The notes under the pieces: generated by a model
What the model was told of the DNA's origin: nothing
Databases searched by the model: none
Seen by the model: only the letters and a program-made list of their open reading frames with translations
Shown: positions 38,272 through 63,056 of the stretch, piece by piece
How positions within the stretch are numbered: the first letter of the stretch is position 1
Layout: every line of letters begins with the position of its first letter
NCBI RefSeq assembly: GCF_009914755.1
Contig: NC_060948.1
DNA from: the human T2T-CHM13v2.0 reference genome, Homo sapiens
Direction: 5' to 3' (one strand)
DNA length: 64,000 nt
Translations under genes and position numbers: made by a program

Positions 38272-39966
38272 TGAGAGGTGACAACGTGCTGGCAGCCCTT
38301 GCTCACTCTCTGTGCCTCCTCCACCTTGGCCTCTGCTCTGACCATGCTTGAGGAGCCCTTCACCCACTGCTGCACTGTGGGAGCCCCTATCTGGGCTGGC
38401 CAAGGCTGGAGCCGACTCCCTCTGCTTGCGGGGAGTTGTGGAGGGAGAAGCGCTGGCAGGAACCAGAGACCTGCCCAGTGCTCGAGGGCCAGCATGAGTT
38501 CTGGCTGGGTGTGGGTTTGCTGGGCCTGCACTCAGAGCAGTCAGCCTGCCACACTGGGGGGCAGTGAGGGGTGTAGCACCTGGGCCAGCAGCTGCAGAGG
38601 GGGTGCTGGGTCTCCCAGCACTGCTGCCCCACCTGCACCATGCTCGAATTCTTGCCAGGCTTCAGTCACCTCCCCTGGGGCAGGGATCAGGACCTGCAGC
38701 CCGCCATGCCTGAGCCCCCCTCCATGGTGGGCTGCAACACCACCAAAGACTCCCGGATGGGTGCCACCCCTCCTCCATGACACCTGGTCCAATCGACTGC
38801 CCAAGGGCTGAGGAGTGCAGGCATGTGGCACCGGACTGGTGGGTAGTTCTGCCTGTGGCCCTGGCGCAGGATCCACTAGGTGAAGCCAGCTGGGCTCCTG
38901 AGTTGGGTGGGGACTTGGAGAACTTTTATGTCTAGTGGAGGATTGTATATGCACCAATCAGCACCCTGTGTCTAGCTTGGGGTTTGTGGATGCACCAATC
39001 AGCACTCTGAATCTAGCTAACCTGGTAGGGACTTGGAGAAATTTTATATCTAGCTAAAGGATTGTATATGCACCAATCTGCACTCTGGGTCTAGCTCAAG
39101 GTTTGTAAATACACCAATCACTGCTCTGTGTCTAGCTAATCTAGTGGGGACTTGTAGAACTTTTATGTCTAGCTAAAGGATTGTAAGTACAACAATCAGC
39201 ACTCTCTGTCTAGCTCAAGGTTTGTAAACACACCAATCAGCACCCTGTGTCTAGCTCAAGGTTTGTAAATGCACCAGTCAGTGCTCTGCATCTAGTTAAT
39301 TTAGTGGGGACTTGGAGAAATTTTACTCTAGCTAGAGGATTGTAAATACACCAATCAGCACTGAGTATAGCTCAGGGATTGTAAACGCACAAATCAGCAC
39401 CCTGTCAAACTGGACCAATCAGCTCTCTGTAAAGTGGACCAATCAGCTCTCTGTAAAATGGGCCAATCAGCAGGATGTGGGTGGGGTCAGATAAGGGAAT
39501 AAAAGCAGGCTACCCAAGCCACCAGCAGCAATGCCACCGGGTCCACTTCCACACTGTGGAAGGTTTGTTCTTTCACTCTTAGCAATGAATCTTGCAATTG
39601 CTCACTCTTTGGGTCCACACTGCCTTTATGAGCTGTAACACTCACGATGAAGGTCTGCAGCTTCACTCCTGAGGCCAGCGAGAACACAAACCCACTGGGA
39701 GGAATGAACAACTCCAGACGGGAGAAAGGAACAACTCCAGACGCGCTGCCTTAGGAGCTGTAACACTCACCACGAAGGTCTGCCGCTTCACTCCTGAAGC
39801 CAGTGAGACCATGAACCCACCGGAAGGAACAAACTCTGAACATGTCTAAACATCAGAAGGAACAAACTCTGGATACAGCATATTTAAGAAGTGTAACACT
39901 CACCGCGAGGGTTGGTGGCTTCATTTTTGAAATCAGTGAGCCAAGAACCTGCCAATTTCGGTCACA
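38272..39966 (+). mobile_element. LTR12-family (ERV9) solo LTR, ~1.7 kb
   Basis: TGAGAGGTGACAACGTGCTGGCAG start, tandem CACCAATCAGCAC...TCTAGCT units, GAATAAAAGCAGGC, end CCAATTTCGGTCACA; flanks GTAG/GGAG. Confidence 0.95.
38950..39510 (+). promoter_or_regulatory. LTR12 U3 enhancer/promoter: array of about nine CCAAT (NF-Y) boxes plus AATAAA-type TATA element
   Basis: Repeated CCAATC motifs 38954-39468; GGGAATAAAAG at ~39495. Confidence 0.75.
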
Positions 39967-42204
39967 GGAGCAGTGACTTCCTTTTTGCTATTTTCTCCAA
40001 GGTGACACCTAGATCAAATCCAACACCATGTTTGGTCCAGTTGTTGCTAGCCAGCTTTGCCCACACTCTGGTTTTTCAGTCTTATCAGCTTCTGGTTTAT
40101 GCAGCTACGTTAACAGTGTGTTATTTCTAGTCATGTTTGCTGCCTGAAATTTTCTATTCTGCTGCAATCACTTTTTGTTTTTCCTTCTCTAATTATGTGA
40201 CTTGCTCATTTTTCTTCTCAGGACACTATAGGTTGTTCTTTAGCTGATTTTTTAAAAAGAGCATTGGTAAACCTGTTTCATTTCCTTCAAATACATCTGA
40301 GAATTCTTGAGAAACTTAAGCATGTCTCACTGGACTGGACCACTGCCCACTCGGCTGCCTGCTATTGACTTCCTTCTTTAGATAAGATCCCCCAGACAGC
40401 AAATGCATGCCCCCCCACACCACACTCCCACTAAATACCAATATCCAATGTAATGAAATATTTTAAGTCTTAGATATAGCATAAAGGGATTGTAGGATAC
40501 AAAACGACAAATCAGACACATATATTAAGAAAGAAAAATTCAGCCAGTATCAGTCTTTGACAACAAAATTAACCATTTTAACTATACAGTATAAATGTAT
40601 TTACAAATAAAGTGTATGCCTTTATTAAGTGAATTGTTTCTTGCATTGTATATACTTTGTCTAGTGGTGTCTTAGGCACTCATTTAAAATAGGTCATTGA
40701 TTGAATTGGAGCTGTAATCCATAATGAAAATAGAGTAGAAAAGTTTTTTTTTTTTAAATCATATGTATATATTGTTTGGTCTTCCAGGTATACCATTTCT
40801 TTTGCATGTGTGGATATGTGTCTATGTAATTTTAGATACTTATAGGGAATAGATTTAGCACAAGTAATTAAAAATTAAGCAGATTTTCTTTGTAATGAAA
40901 AAGGAAATGATTAACTTTAATTGAATTTTTAGTGCAACAGTAAAACTGGATAAGAATTTATTCTGCTCAGGGAAAAGATATACTGTGGTTTGCAACTGAA
41001 AGAGTTCTCTCCTGAGTAAGCCAGTGTTGGCCTATACTGCAGAAATAGATTGTTTTTGGTAGACCCTATAGTCAGCTACCCTATAGTCAGCAGAGAAGGA
41101 AATCCTTGTAGAGAGAATTTTAAATTGAATATCAAATATTCTTTCATGTAGGTGAAGCATTCACATATGATATTATTTTACATTCAGCATAATTATAAAA
41201 GTTAATTTTAATACATTGGAAAAAATAAAGCAATTACAAAAATTAGCAAGATAATTGTATATTCCTCCTTTAAAAATTTTAGCCTATTCAAATCTAACAA
41301 GTCCACTCTGAAATACCTGAAAATAAGATATGAAATGAATAAGAAAAGAAAATACAGCAGAATGTACCAGATGTTATGTGTTCGGTGTTGGATGTACATA
41401 TATCTGTTAGTTTTTAGTGGCAGACAGAGTGCAGTCTACATAATTTTATTCATAGTAGATGCCTATCCATCATATATTCACTAATAAATATTATTTCTCT
41501 GAAGATTGAAATAGAAAGCTAGGAAAACAACATGGCACAAAAGCCGAATTATATTTAAGCAATTGTGAATTATATAGTTAAATAATCTCTTCGAGGGTCT
41601 TCTTATCACTCTCTCACTGGGTAGTCTAAGGATTAATTAGTCTAAGTTCCTAGGCTCTTTCAAGCTAAGAAACACTGTGTATGTGCTATGCATTATCATG
41701 GTAACATGAGAGTGAGGCATAAGTGATTTGTAACAATATGGGCTCTGTGAAATGTGTGTCTAGCCTGAAAACTGTCGTTTTCTCTAACAGGGTTTTATGA
41801 ATTGGAAAGTTCTTATCATATTTGAAGATGAAATGTCCTGTATTGAAATCAGGCAAATCCACTTAATCTTTGTTCTATATATTAGTAGAGTGATGTTTCT
41901 CAAAATAGAAGAAAACTTGGGATATGATTTCAAAGGTAATATATAATAAGGTAGAATTTTGACAACAATTATAACTTGTCTATTATCATTTGATTGACTC
42001 AGCTGTTGCTCTGTTAATTAGTGCAACTGAAGTCTAGTTAATTTGCATAAAAGTAGCTATCCCATCTTTTATAATTTTAAAGACAGTCAGGAGAGTATTC
42101 ACTGGTTCTGTAAAGCTTGTATAGATTTTATCAACATGTTTCAATTACGTATGACTGAAATAATGCCAATTCTAAAATGTAATTTATTATTTCCTTTAAG
42201 AATA

Positions 42205-42990
42205 TTTTTATTTTATTTTTTATTTTCATTTTTATTATAGATTCAGAGAGTACATGTGCAGGCTTGTTAGAAAGTATATTGCATGATGCTGACATTTAGT
42301 CTTCTATTGATCCCATCACCCAGAGAGTGAATCTAGTACTCAACAGGAAGGTTTTCAGGCCCTGCCTGTCTCCCTTTGGAGTCTCCAGTGTCTATAGTTC
42401 TCATCTTTATTTTTCTGTGCACCCAAGTTTTATCTCCTATGTATGAGAATATTCAATGTTTGATTTTCTGTTTCTCCATTATTTTGCTTAGGTTAATGAC
42501 CTCCAGCTGTATCCACATTGCTGCAAGTGACATGATTTTGTTCTTTTAATGGCTGTGTACTATTCCAGGGTTCATATGTACCACATTGTCATTGTCCCAT
42601 CCTCCATGGATGTGCTCCTAGGTTTATTCTATGTCTTTGCTATGGTGGTGAATATGAGAATTCTTGTGTCTTTTTGGTAGCTTTAATAATTTATTTTCAT
42701 TTGAGCATATACACAGTAATGGGATTGCTGGGTGAAATACTAGCTCTATTGTTAGTTCTTTTAGAAATCCACAAACTGCTTTCCACAGTGGCTGAACATT
42801 CTCTCCAGCAGTGTATAAGTATTATTTTTCCTCCACAGCCTTGCCCACATATGTTGTTTTTTAATTTTGTTTTTTTAATAATAATACTCATGCTGACTGG
42901 TATGAGATGGTACCTTATTGTGACTTTGATTTGCATTTCTCTGATGATCAGTGATGTTGAGCAGTTTTCTTATGTTTCTTGTCCACTTGC
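42205..42990 (-). mobile_element. Older L1 (L1PA15/16-L1PB-like) 3' fragment
   Basis: Antisense 3' UTR (GTACATGTGCAGGCTTGTT, GATCCCATCACCCAG) and ORF2 end MQIKVTIRYHL. Confidence 0.82.
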
Positions 42991-43141
42991 ATATCTTAAG
43001 AAGATATTTTAAATAAACATACAATTATTTCCTCTACTCATAGATCAAATTCTGCCAGTGTCTTTCTCTCTTATTCTACTACATGAATTTACATGGATAA
43101 TGAGTCAAAAAATGTGAAGTGCTGGTAATACATTTTATTTC

Positions 43142-49289
<6,148 letters not shown>

Positions 49290-52200
49290 TTATTTCATAC
49301 TTATAAATGTAAAATGTTTTTCTTTGAAAGATACCACATTATCCAATTTTTACTTTTTTAAAATTCTTTCAAAGCGGCAATGGGGACAGGGAAATTTTAA
49401 AGCAAGTACTTCACAAGATGATTCCAATTTATATGGAATATTGTTCATTATAAAATTATTTTGTTTTTGAGTAAAATCAAAATATATATGCAAATACGAA
49501 ATAATATAATAAATACTAATTTAACCCCACTTAAAAATAACAGCTATTATTGCATTCTTTGTTCTATTTAAATTACCTCTGGTTCTAATTGGAATACATC
49601 CCATCAGGTTCATTTGCCTTTCTCTATTTCCAGAGTCGCCATTATCATGAGCCTGGTTTTACCTTTATATTTTTATACATTAAGATATGTATTTCTAAAT
49701 AATACTGGTGTTTCATGAGCTTTTAATGTTTATGTGAATATATAAGGTGTGTATTAGTTCACATTTTTTTGTTAACATTCTTATTGAGAGCTGCCATTAT
49801 TGATGGCATAGTTCTCAATCTACTGAATTTTATCATGTTCCATGATGTGCTTATTGAAATGCTCCAATGAAAAACCTTCCCTGTGCCTCTGGGTACACAT
49901 GTATGAGAGTTTCTAATGAGTATACTAGAAGAATGGCTGGACTGCAGTGTGCATACAGTTTTAATTTTGAGGGGATGAAATATTCTTATTAGCTCCCAGG
50001 ACTACCACTTTATTATTGTTGTTAATCCCTGCTAACTGGCTTAACATATGTCTTAGATTTTTCATTTTTAATGAAGTATTATTATAAGTTACATTGGTTA
50101 GAACCAGCATGTGTTTGTTAAATGTTCATTTTGTTTAATAATTATAGCTATTGTCAGGGCTCTATCAGTATGTGAGGAAAATAAAATATTAACAGAATGA
50201 TGACTTGAGTTGGGGGATAAGTGTGAAAATCAACTTTATTTTCCTAACAGTTTATACAAAACATAGTTAATGCTTCTTTTTCAAGTACAGCTTGCAGCAG
50301 AATGCTTGACAATAAATCAATATACGCTGAGTCAGTATTGGCTAGTAATGGCTAGCTTCTTCCAACCTTGCCTGGTGATGGAAGAAGTATTTAACATAGT
50401 TTTTTGTTTGTTTGTTTTTTCTATATGGTTCACTTATGTGACACTGCCAGATCATCATATGGTGGGTTTGGGGAAAATGAAGGAAACAATGAGCTAGATA
50501 TATGTAAATTATGTGCTAGAAATAGAAGCTTAGCACAGGCAGAGTAGTAACTGGTCTGGCCACAGGGGTTTTGTCATCTCTCATATACCTACAACTATTT
50601 ATTTATGGGCTATTTTCTAATGATTTTTTTAAAAATCTGCTTCAGCAGCAATGACTAAAAAATGCAAGTAGATATTTAATTAAAAACAACTCAATTTCCT
50701 TTCCAATCAAATTATGGGTTGAAACATACCTATAAACACATGGTGTAATCATTAAGCCTTGTATTCTGTGATTGGGACCACAGGCTAAAAGTGATATCCG
50801 GAAATCCAGAATATAGAAGGCTGAGAGGAAAAACCAGCTGCTACTTCAAAAGGTAATACTTAGTTACATCAAGAAAACTATGCCTGAAGATCACATTTTC
50901 ACAGATTTAATATGTGAATATGGAAAACTAAACATATAATTCTGAGATTGTTGGCTTTTTATTTACAACAAATTACTATATTTTAAAATCAATTGTGTAC
51001 ATTTTTTAATTCTAATTTTTCTGCACTTAAGAAATATGCATCAGTAATTTTAATATATTAGCTCCATTAGCTACCGAAGAAATTCTAAAAGAGTTGAATA
51101 ATGCCATTTAGATGTTTCAAACATAAAATTGGATTAAAAAATGGTTTGAATTTTTAATCAATCATTGGAACCGAAGTAATGCTGTTGAAATATTATTGTG
51201 TCAGAAAAAAAGAGAACATTGAATAATATGATAATTTTTTTAAAGTTCACTTGAAAAGCTAAACATTGTTGATAAAATTTATTGGTGACAAAGATAAGTA
51301 AACTTTGGAAAAGCTTACAAGTAACTTTATTTAAAAATCAATATAATATTCAAACAAATGCATTTTCCAGAAAAGAACTACAGATAATTTTGTTAAGAAA
51401 CAGATTAATACTTATAAATATGTTCTAGAATTATTATTCTGTCTCTTATTTGTAATATTTCAATAATAAATATAAAGAAGTTATTTTTTCTGTTTTGCCT
51501 CAGGCTATATAATTGTAGATTTAAATTTTTGAAGGGATTTCATTTCCAAAAATAGTTGGAAGGTACCTATTTCATAGGTCCATTGATATAGTAAAAGAAA
51601 TTGCCTGTAAGGAAATAACATAATAAATATTAAATAATTTTGCATATGTTAGTACTCTTTTATTCTAAAGAAAGTTTCCTAGGGAACAATAAATATTTTA
51701 TTCACCTTAATTTTACTGAATATCATTAGATAGTGGGACTTGTGATTGATGGAACCAAATTACCATTCCTTACATCCTTGACTACACTCGGTGTTATTTT
51801 AATAGTGGCCAAGCAAATTAACAAAAGTTGGAATGTAATGTGGTTTTGATTTATATCCCTGGATTACAAATGAGCTCAAGCATCTAGCCATTTTTCATTG
51901 GTCATTTGACTTTCTTCTTTTCTAAAATGTATTTACCTGTCCTGCTTTCTTCTACTGGGCTAGATTGTCTTTATATTTTCTTTTCTAGTTATTTTGAGTT
52001 TTTTGGACACTGGTAATTTTATGTATGTTTTTCTTATTGATTTTCTGAAGTTTTATAAACCCCCAATATAATTTTTAAAATTTAAGATCTGAAGATTTTC
52101 AAAAAGCTAACTCAGAAGTCATTTGTGGCCATAATGTTAACTTCTAATGAAAAAAATAATTTTGAAACTTTAGCAAAACATACTTTAAAGATACCAATTA

Positions 52201-53836
52201 GAAAGCACTGAAGTGCTCAATTCTATCTTTTTAATAAAATTTGCATTTAAATAGTCAATTCAACAAAATACTTTACCCTTATAGTAAGAACCAATTATTA
52301 AATGTTGATTACCTATCTCCTGCATGGTTTTCTAAATATTTCACAATTGTCATTTTGGTAACAATCACTTAGCATATTTGTTAGAATTGCTGGTTTTCCA
52401 GGTCTCATCTCAAATGATTGAACCAGGATTTTGAAGCAAAATAATGAGAAATATCAGGATATATATTTTATGACCCACATAATTATTTGCGGATATTTGT
52501 GAAACTCTGGTCTGACACATAAAATAAAACAACAACAACAACAGCAATGGAAAGAAAACAATCAAACAAAGAACATCAAGTCAGGAATACATACCTTACA
52601 GTCTCCTCACTCCCTACTTCTCAAGTCATATGCCCCTGTCTTCTTTCTCATTCTTGGTAAATACTACTCCATCTATGTAGCACTTCACAGGAGTAATTAA
52701 CCTGCTAGTTTGCAATTTAGCAAAAAGTAAGAAACCTATTTCTGAACATTTTCTTTAGGAACATGGTTCTTGCTATACACTGTGTGTCAGTTAATGCTAT
52801 GGATAGATATAAAATAGCAGTATTTAACAAAAATATTTGACCACTGTGGCAAAATTACCTTCCGTAAATGATCCACTGCTACTAAGATTACATTTACATT
52901 TTGGAGAATGTGCTGACATTTTGAATTTCACATATTCATGGGAGATTGGAAAGTGTCTTCAGATGTCAGTGTTTATAATGTTGAGTTAATAGTTGTATTA
53001 ACCTCAAAATTTTTCTCTATTAAAGCGGTGTGCAGGTATTGGATAAACAGGTATGCCACTGAAGCATAGCTGTGGCTAAAGTTGTAAAAGTTTTTGTGAA
53101 ATTGCACAAGACAACATCTCCACAGCAAATTTAGATTTTTGGCTCACATGGGTGATGTTTGAGAAAAGGACATTTTTTATTCTTAATGATTTCCCAGATG
53201 GTCCTTAAAGCGAGATAACACAATACTGTGGAAAGAGGCAATTCTGTAATCTGACATTAGACTTTAAGATATGCTAACTATTTTGAGAGCCAAATTTCAG
53301 AAGTATGAAGTGGGGTCTAAAATATCTTGTACCTGTGTGTAGAGTTATAAAGATAATATAATAATAATAGATCCTGTTTGCCTTGTGCTTTTCTGTAAAA
53401 CAAAGTCATCATTTAACTTTGTTACTTAGTATAGCTTCGTGTGGGCATTTTTTTAAGGAACATTTATATTGTGATAAAGAAAACAGTAATACTGGCACAA
53501 AATGGTACTTACTCCAACATTGACTTTGAAGAGTTCCAGCTGTTCTGTAAAGAAACTGATGTGAATTAAAAAAGAAATTGGATGATTGAAGATTGTTAAG
53601 GGGCAAGTCTTTATTTACCGAGAAAAATTTTCAGGGAGGACACACAGCCTGTGAAGTGTTGGATGTGAAGGATGAAGACCCATCAAGAAGAGGCTACCTC
53701 AAGGATCATCCTCTACATTTCTAGCTTGAAATACAACATATATAGTGCTGTGAATTTCTGAAATAGTGGAATACTGTAGAGGGAAACACGTTTGGAGGAT
53801 GAAATGTAATATAATTAAAATAATCCTTACTAACCA

Positions 53837-53951
53837 TTAGAGACAGGTTTCACTATGTTGGCCAGGATGGTCTTGATCTCTTGACCTCGTGATCCACCCA
53901 TCTCAGCCTCCCAAAGTCCTGTGATTACAAGCCTGAGCCTCCACACCTGGT
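53837..53951 (-). mobile_element. Alu left-arm fragment
   Basis: TTAGAGACAGGTTTCACTATGTTGGCCAGG...CACACCTGG. Confidence 0.85.
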
Positions 53952-54340
53952 TAAAATTTTTATTTTTTATTAAAGCCTTTTAAACCTTATTAACAGTATT
54001 TTTCTGATATTATAAACTATTCTCTAATATTTTCTTCTAGCAATTTGGCAGCTTTGGTTTTTACATGTATTTTTAAAATCATTGTCCATGGGGTCTTCTG
54101 TATATCATGACATAAAGATTTATTTTTATATGTGTTTAACAAATGTGTTTAGTCCATTTTGCCTTCAATTTTCTTCTTAGGATATTATTGAATAGTGCAT
54201 TACTTCAGCATTGCTTAGACTGCAACTTCTGTCATAATAGTGTATTTACTTCCAGGTTACTTCTATTTGCAATAGATTTTTACATACTATAATATTTAGA
54301 AACAGCTGTATGGAAGTGTTCACTATTAAGCAGAGTCCTC

Positions 54341-54620
54341 AGCCGGACGCGGTGGCTCATGCCTGTAAACCCACCACTCTGGGTGGCCAAGGGGAATGGA
54401 TCACAAGGTCAGGAGTTCGAGAACAGCCTGGCCAACATGGTGAAACTAAGTCTCTACTAAAATTACAAAAACAAGCCAGGCATTGTGGCAGACAAAACCC
54501 AGTTACTCGGCAGGCTGAGGCAGGAGTGTCACTTGAAACCAGAAGGTGGAGGTGCAGTGAGCTGAGATTGGGTGACAACACTCCAGCCTGGGCAACAAAA
54601 GCAAAACTCCTTCTCAAAAA

Positions 54621-54663
<43 letters not shown>
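54341..54663 (+). mobile_element. Alu SINE with (TAAA)n tail
   Basis: Alu dimer; AGTCCTC on both flanks. Confidence 0.93.
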
Positions 54664-56102
54664 GTCCTCTTTTCCATCTTCCTCTTCAATACCATTGTTT
54701 TCCCACGCTTACTGCAAATTCGCCTAGATGAGTCCCATCCCTTTTCAATTCTGTATTTAGAATTAGCTTGTCAACATACAAGCATCTTGCTGTAATTTTT
54801 ATTATTATTGCCTGAAGTTATGTATTAATTAATTTATATATTAATATAGAAAGAGACTTCTTATCATGTGAAGATATTTTAACAATTGCCTAGCACACAT
54901 TTTTATGTATATTTTGACTTCCATTTATGATGCCCTTCAATAAAATTTAGTACTTTTCCTTGAAAATTTTTGTGTTTTTTTATACCATTTATTTTTATAT
55001 GGCTCATAATTTTGTTTGTTCTCATAAATTCTATCAATTGTAATTAAATTCTAATCATATTGGTTAGAATTTTAGGCGCACCTTACCTACATACTTAATT
55101 ACTCAGTGTTTATGTTACCATTTACATTGTTATTTCTAGCTTAGGGATATGTTCCTCCTTATTAATTTCTTTACTCATCTTCTTGAATTTTCCCTTTTGT
55201 GTGAAATTTCCACTTTCCTGAAACTTAACCTTAAGAAATTATTTCAGCAAACAAACTGTTTGTACTACATCCTTTCAATTTTGTATATCATAAAGTATCT
55301 TTATTTCAATACTCACATTTTAACTGTAGTTTTTAAAAATATATTATTTTAGATTATGGCTTGACAAAACCCTGCTTGTTTATGTTTAATTGTTGCTTTT
55401 TAGAAACTTCTTGCTAGTGGAAATGCCATTCAGGTATAGGAAATTTGTCATTATTTCTAGTACCCTTTAAGATAATTTCATTATATTTGGTATCTATTTA
55501 GGGTGTTTTTGTTTGTTTGTTTTGGAGGAGAACAATAAAGCTCTACTCTCTAAGCAAGTTTGTTAAGTATACGGTATAGTATTGGTGACTGTAGTCACCA
55601 CAGGGGAATGTTTTCATGAGCTATGAGTGAAGTCCCAGCTGTCAAGACTTGTGGCATATAATGAGATTCCCTCTCCAGATGTCTCAGATCTGTAATGGTA
55701 TAGCTTATTTCTCCCAGCATTAAATTTTTTTTTCAAAAAAACAATAGTTACAGCCAATGTGGAACTTTTGTACTCTACCTGATGTCTGCAAATGTGTATT
55801 ATCTTGCACTCAATCTGAATGTTCTATATCATACCTATTATCTAATTTTCACTACCACTCTCATAGCCTGTGACAGAGGATCAGTGCAGGGAGAAGCAGT
55901 GGCCATCCTCGCACTCAGCCCAATGTATCAAATGTAAATTATCTGAAAACAGTGTACTTACTTTGCAAATACTGCTTTAAGACATATCTCTTAGCATCTT
56001 ATGTATATTCATTTAAGTTTAGCCCTAATGGATTTCCCAATGACATCGTGCAGACTTATTCTCTATTTCTGTTAAAAAAAATGTTAATTTAATTTTGGTT
56101 AG

Positions 56103-59480
<3,378 letters not shown>

Positions 59481-62400
59481 AAAACAAGACACAAGACAAA
59501 TATTTTATGCACTTTACATAGAATTAACCCACTATGTCACTTAGAATGCCTGTGTATGTGTAGAAAAATTTGAGTTGCGTGCTCTTTTTTATTATATTGC
59601 CACTATGTCAACAGGTAAAACTTGTGTTCTTTTCCATTAATTAACAAAAATAATGCATGGGTATGGTTGTATCACTTTAAAACTCAAAACAACTTTATTT
59701 TATTTTAAAACATTCAATTTAATTTTGTGAAATCAGACATAGATTTTTAAATATCTTTAAATCAATTTGAAGTCATCTAACTTCTTTTAAATTCAATTAA
59801 GTATATTTTTTTGTTTGTTTTTCGATGGTCTCAAATCTTGCTCCATGTCATTTTCTCAGAGAAAATTAGTAACATAACATCAGCTTTACCAATTCAAAAT
59901 TTTTAGTGCCTTACCTCTGCTTGATCTTAAAGTCTTAGCTCATTTTATTTGTAGTCTACACTGTCTTTATTTCAACTAAATTCTTGAAGATTTCAAAACT
60001 GAGTGGTTAAATAAATTAATTATCACCTATTTCTGTGGTGGAAAGACTCCTACTCAGGGCGCTGGAGATGATACCATTTCACGGTCTAAAGTTTCAAATC
60101 AAAGACAAACTAAATCAGGTTGAATTATTCAGTGCTTTTCATTGGCCACCTGACATTACGGTCCAATCAGTAACATTTTATAGCCTGTATGTTAGGTCAA
60201 AATAAGCATAAGGCATGGTTCAATTGGACTTCTAATTTAAAATGAGGAAAGAAGAAGGGAAGGAAGGAAGGAAGGAAGGGAAAAGGGGGCCATAAAAAGC
60301 TAAAGATAACTTAGAGCTTGTCATCAGCATGAACTCTGTTACTGTATTATTTCATTAAATAAAAAAGCCAAAATGTGTGCTATGCAGGAAGTGTAAATGG
60401 AAGTGGATCTCTGTTATCCATATATTATTCGTAGGTTCTGACTTCAACTGAATCAGTCAAACCCAGCTTGCACCGTATGGCATGACCTGATCATATTCCT
60501 GCAGCTTTTTAAACATGGTTCATTTTTTCTGTTTATGCCTTTATTTCTTCAGTGAGTTCCAGATAGTCTTATTGACTGTCAGTCTCTTATTCACTCTCAG
60601 TTGCTCAGTTTATTGTTTCTATGTTTATTTTTTTGGGGGGGAACTTTGTATTTTAGGAAACACCCCAGTGGCACGTGTCTATTTTCATTTTACTCTGGCA
60701 CTAAGATTGTTGTAGGGCCATCAATCCTCTGTCTTTAGAATTATACATAACCTATGATTTACACACAGTTTGTCATCAAAAATTTGCATTCATTTTCGTT
60801 CAACATCTCTTTCCATTCACTAATTCACCTTCTTGTCTTCTGAATGCTTTTCCAATTGGACTTTGCCAGCCACCTCCACTTTCTAGGAAGAACTTTCTTT
60901 TTCAACAATGTAGATGAGACTGCTTTTCTAACTGCAGTGATGAATCTAATTGGAACTTCATAAATCTTTACAAAATTACAACTCAATACATTCATCGCCA
61001 TCAGTGAGGTACCATTAAAACTATTTTTGTCAAAATAAATCTTGGTTTGGGATGGGCAGAGATGTGGGGATGGACTTTTCCAAAAGAGTACCATCACTTT
61101 GTTTCAGTTTTTAGAATACATTTTTGGGGGTGGTAGAGGGAATAACTGGACTTTTAATAAGTTGGAATAAAACAAACCATCATAATTTCAATCTATAATT
61201 GTAAAAACTTTGGAAGAACCAGTACCCTGAGTTTAAACTATAGTATCATTTTACAAAATTCCTCCTTTTGATAATATAGCATATTTCCTAAAAGGAAAGC
61301 TCTTTAGTCAGATGTATCCTGTATTTACAAATGGCTTTTGAGACTGGTGATTTTACACCAGCACTTACAGTAAGTAGAGTAGAATTATTACTTCCCTAGC
61401 TTTGTGTCTCTCTATATGTCAACATTGTGGGGGAAAGTCTTAAAAAATCAAAACTGATGACTCTAGAGGGAATCCCTCTAATGCCTCAGCTGTTATTAAG
61501 GCACCCCGATGGGAACACTTTAATGGCTCTTGACCATGGCCCTGCTTTCCTAGCCAATCTGCCCCCCTGGATATTCTGTAAGACAAGTATAGACTCTGTT
61601 AACTTTAACTCAGCAGCAAGGTACCTTTTTCTGGCTCCATAGTGCCTACTTAAAACAAAACAAAATGAAACAAAAACATACCAGGCTTATCTTGAATATT
61701 CTCAAATAAGGCCTCAGTTAAAACAGAAGACAGAAATTTGAGGCCAAATGAAACATTATGTTTTAATTCAGCAGAACTGTCTTCTATTTCTTTATAAGAA
61801 GTCATCAGTTGGTAATGAGAAACCTAGAAAAGTTGTGAAAATTAATTTGCTTCTACAAGAATATGCAATAAATCATCCTTTATAATTTTACTCAAAAGGT
61901 AGGAGAGTGATGGTCTGCATATCATCCAGTATTCTCTTCATTGCAATGAGGTTAAAAGATAGCATGAACAATAATGGTTAATACTATATTTACATTTTAA
62001 CTAAAACGTTAAGGTTTACAATGCATTTTGTTTTACCCTGAAGTGGGTAGCCATTACTCCAACTGTATTAATTTGGATGTGTTTGAGGATTAAATCCATA
62101 ATGTCTGGAACACAGTGTATAGTCATATCTTATTCTTCCTATCTTGTGGGTAGCTGATCCATAACATTTTGAAGAGTTTTGTCACGGATTCATGGGTATA
62201 AATGTGAAATAAGTGAAACTAGTATGTATCTTGAGTATCCTTTATTCTTGCTAGACACAATGTCATGGATGCAGTACCTCCCACAAAGTTTTATGGATCT
62301 CTTCTTCACTAATAAACTATGGCAGAGCTCCAAATTAGTAAAACTCCTCAGAGGAGTTCTACTTTGGGATTCCTGGAGCCTAGGTTTCTGTTCTTTCTAC

Positions 62401-63056
62401 AAATTACGGATTCCATTATTTGGTGACAAATCATCTATTTAGTAGCAGTATGTGTTGAATGGTTGTGTAAAGTAAAACTAATAAGCTTTCTAGGATGGAA
62501 AATATTTAAAAAAAAAGATTGTCAAATGAGTCTACTTTTAACAATGGTAACAGAAACTAGCAAGTGCATATGTTGAAGGCAATAACATGCAGAACCTTTT
62601 TGTGGTTTCAGAGGAAAAGATGGCAACCCAACCTCAGCATGATAGCGTGCTTAACTTCAGTAGGATAGTGTTTGTATTTTTAGGTACAGTGTAATTTCAA
62701 CTTTTTTGGGTTGGTAATTACAATTAAGGTAGGTTCATGAATAATCCTTGATGAATGAAAATCAATATCTTATATATAAAAATGATACTACTAGTCATGT
62801 ATTTAGGAATTACAAAATTTGTTCCCTACTGTCAGATATTCATTACCTACAATGAAAACTGTTAAAGAGCACACTTTTCAAAGCAAATGTAAGTCTGTCT
62901 CTGGTTGTATTCATGTGATTGATACGCAATGATTCCTTCTCTCCTAAAGGCTTCTAATGGAGAGAGATCTTTATTGAGGCATATATTAAAATATACTCCT
63001 GATATAACATTATTTATGTCAATATTAAGAAGAATTTTGGGAGGTATTTGTAGTTC

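Noticed and set aside
38930-39470. Regularly spaced repeats superficially like a CRISPR array
   Set aside because: Standard LTR12 U3 tandem units; spacers are not unique, no cas genes, eukaryotic context
60825-61097. 90-aa minus-strand ORF with a possible donor at 60829
   Set aside because: Weak splice signals and no recognisable homology
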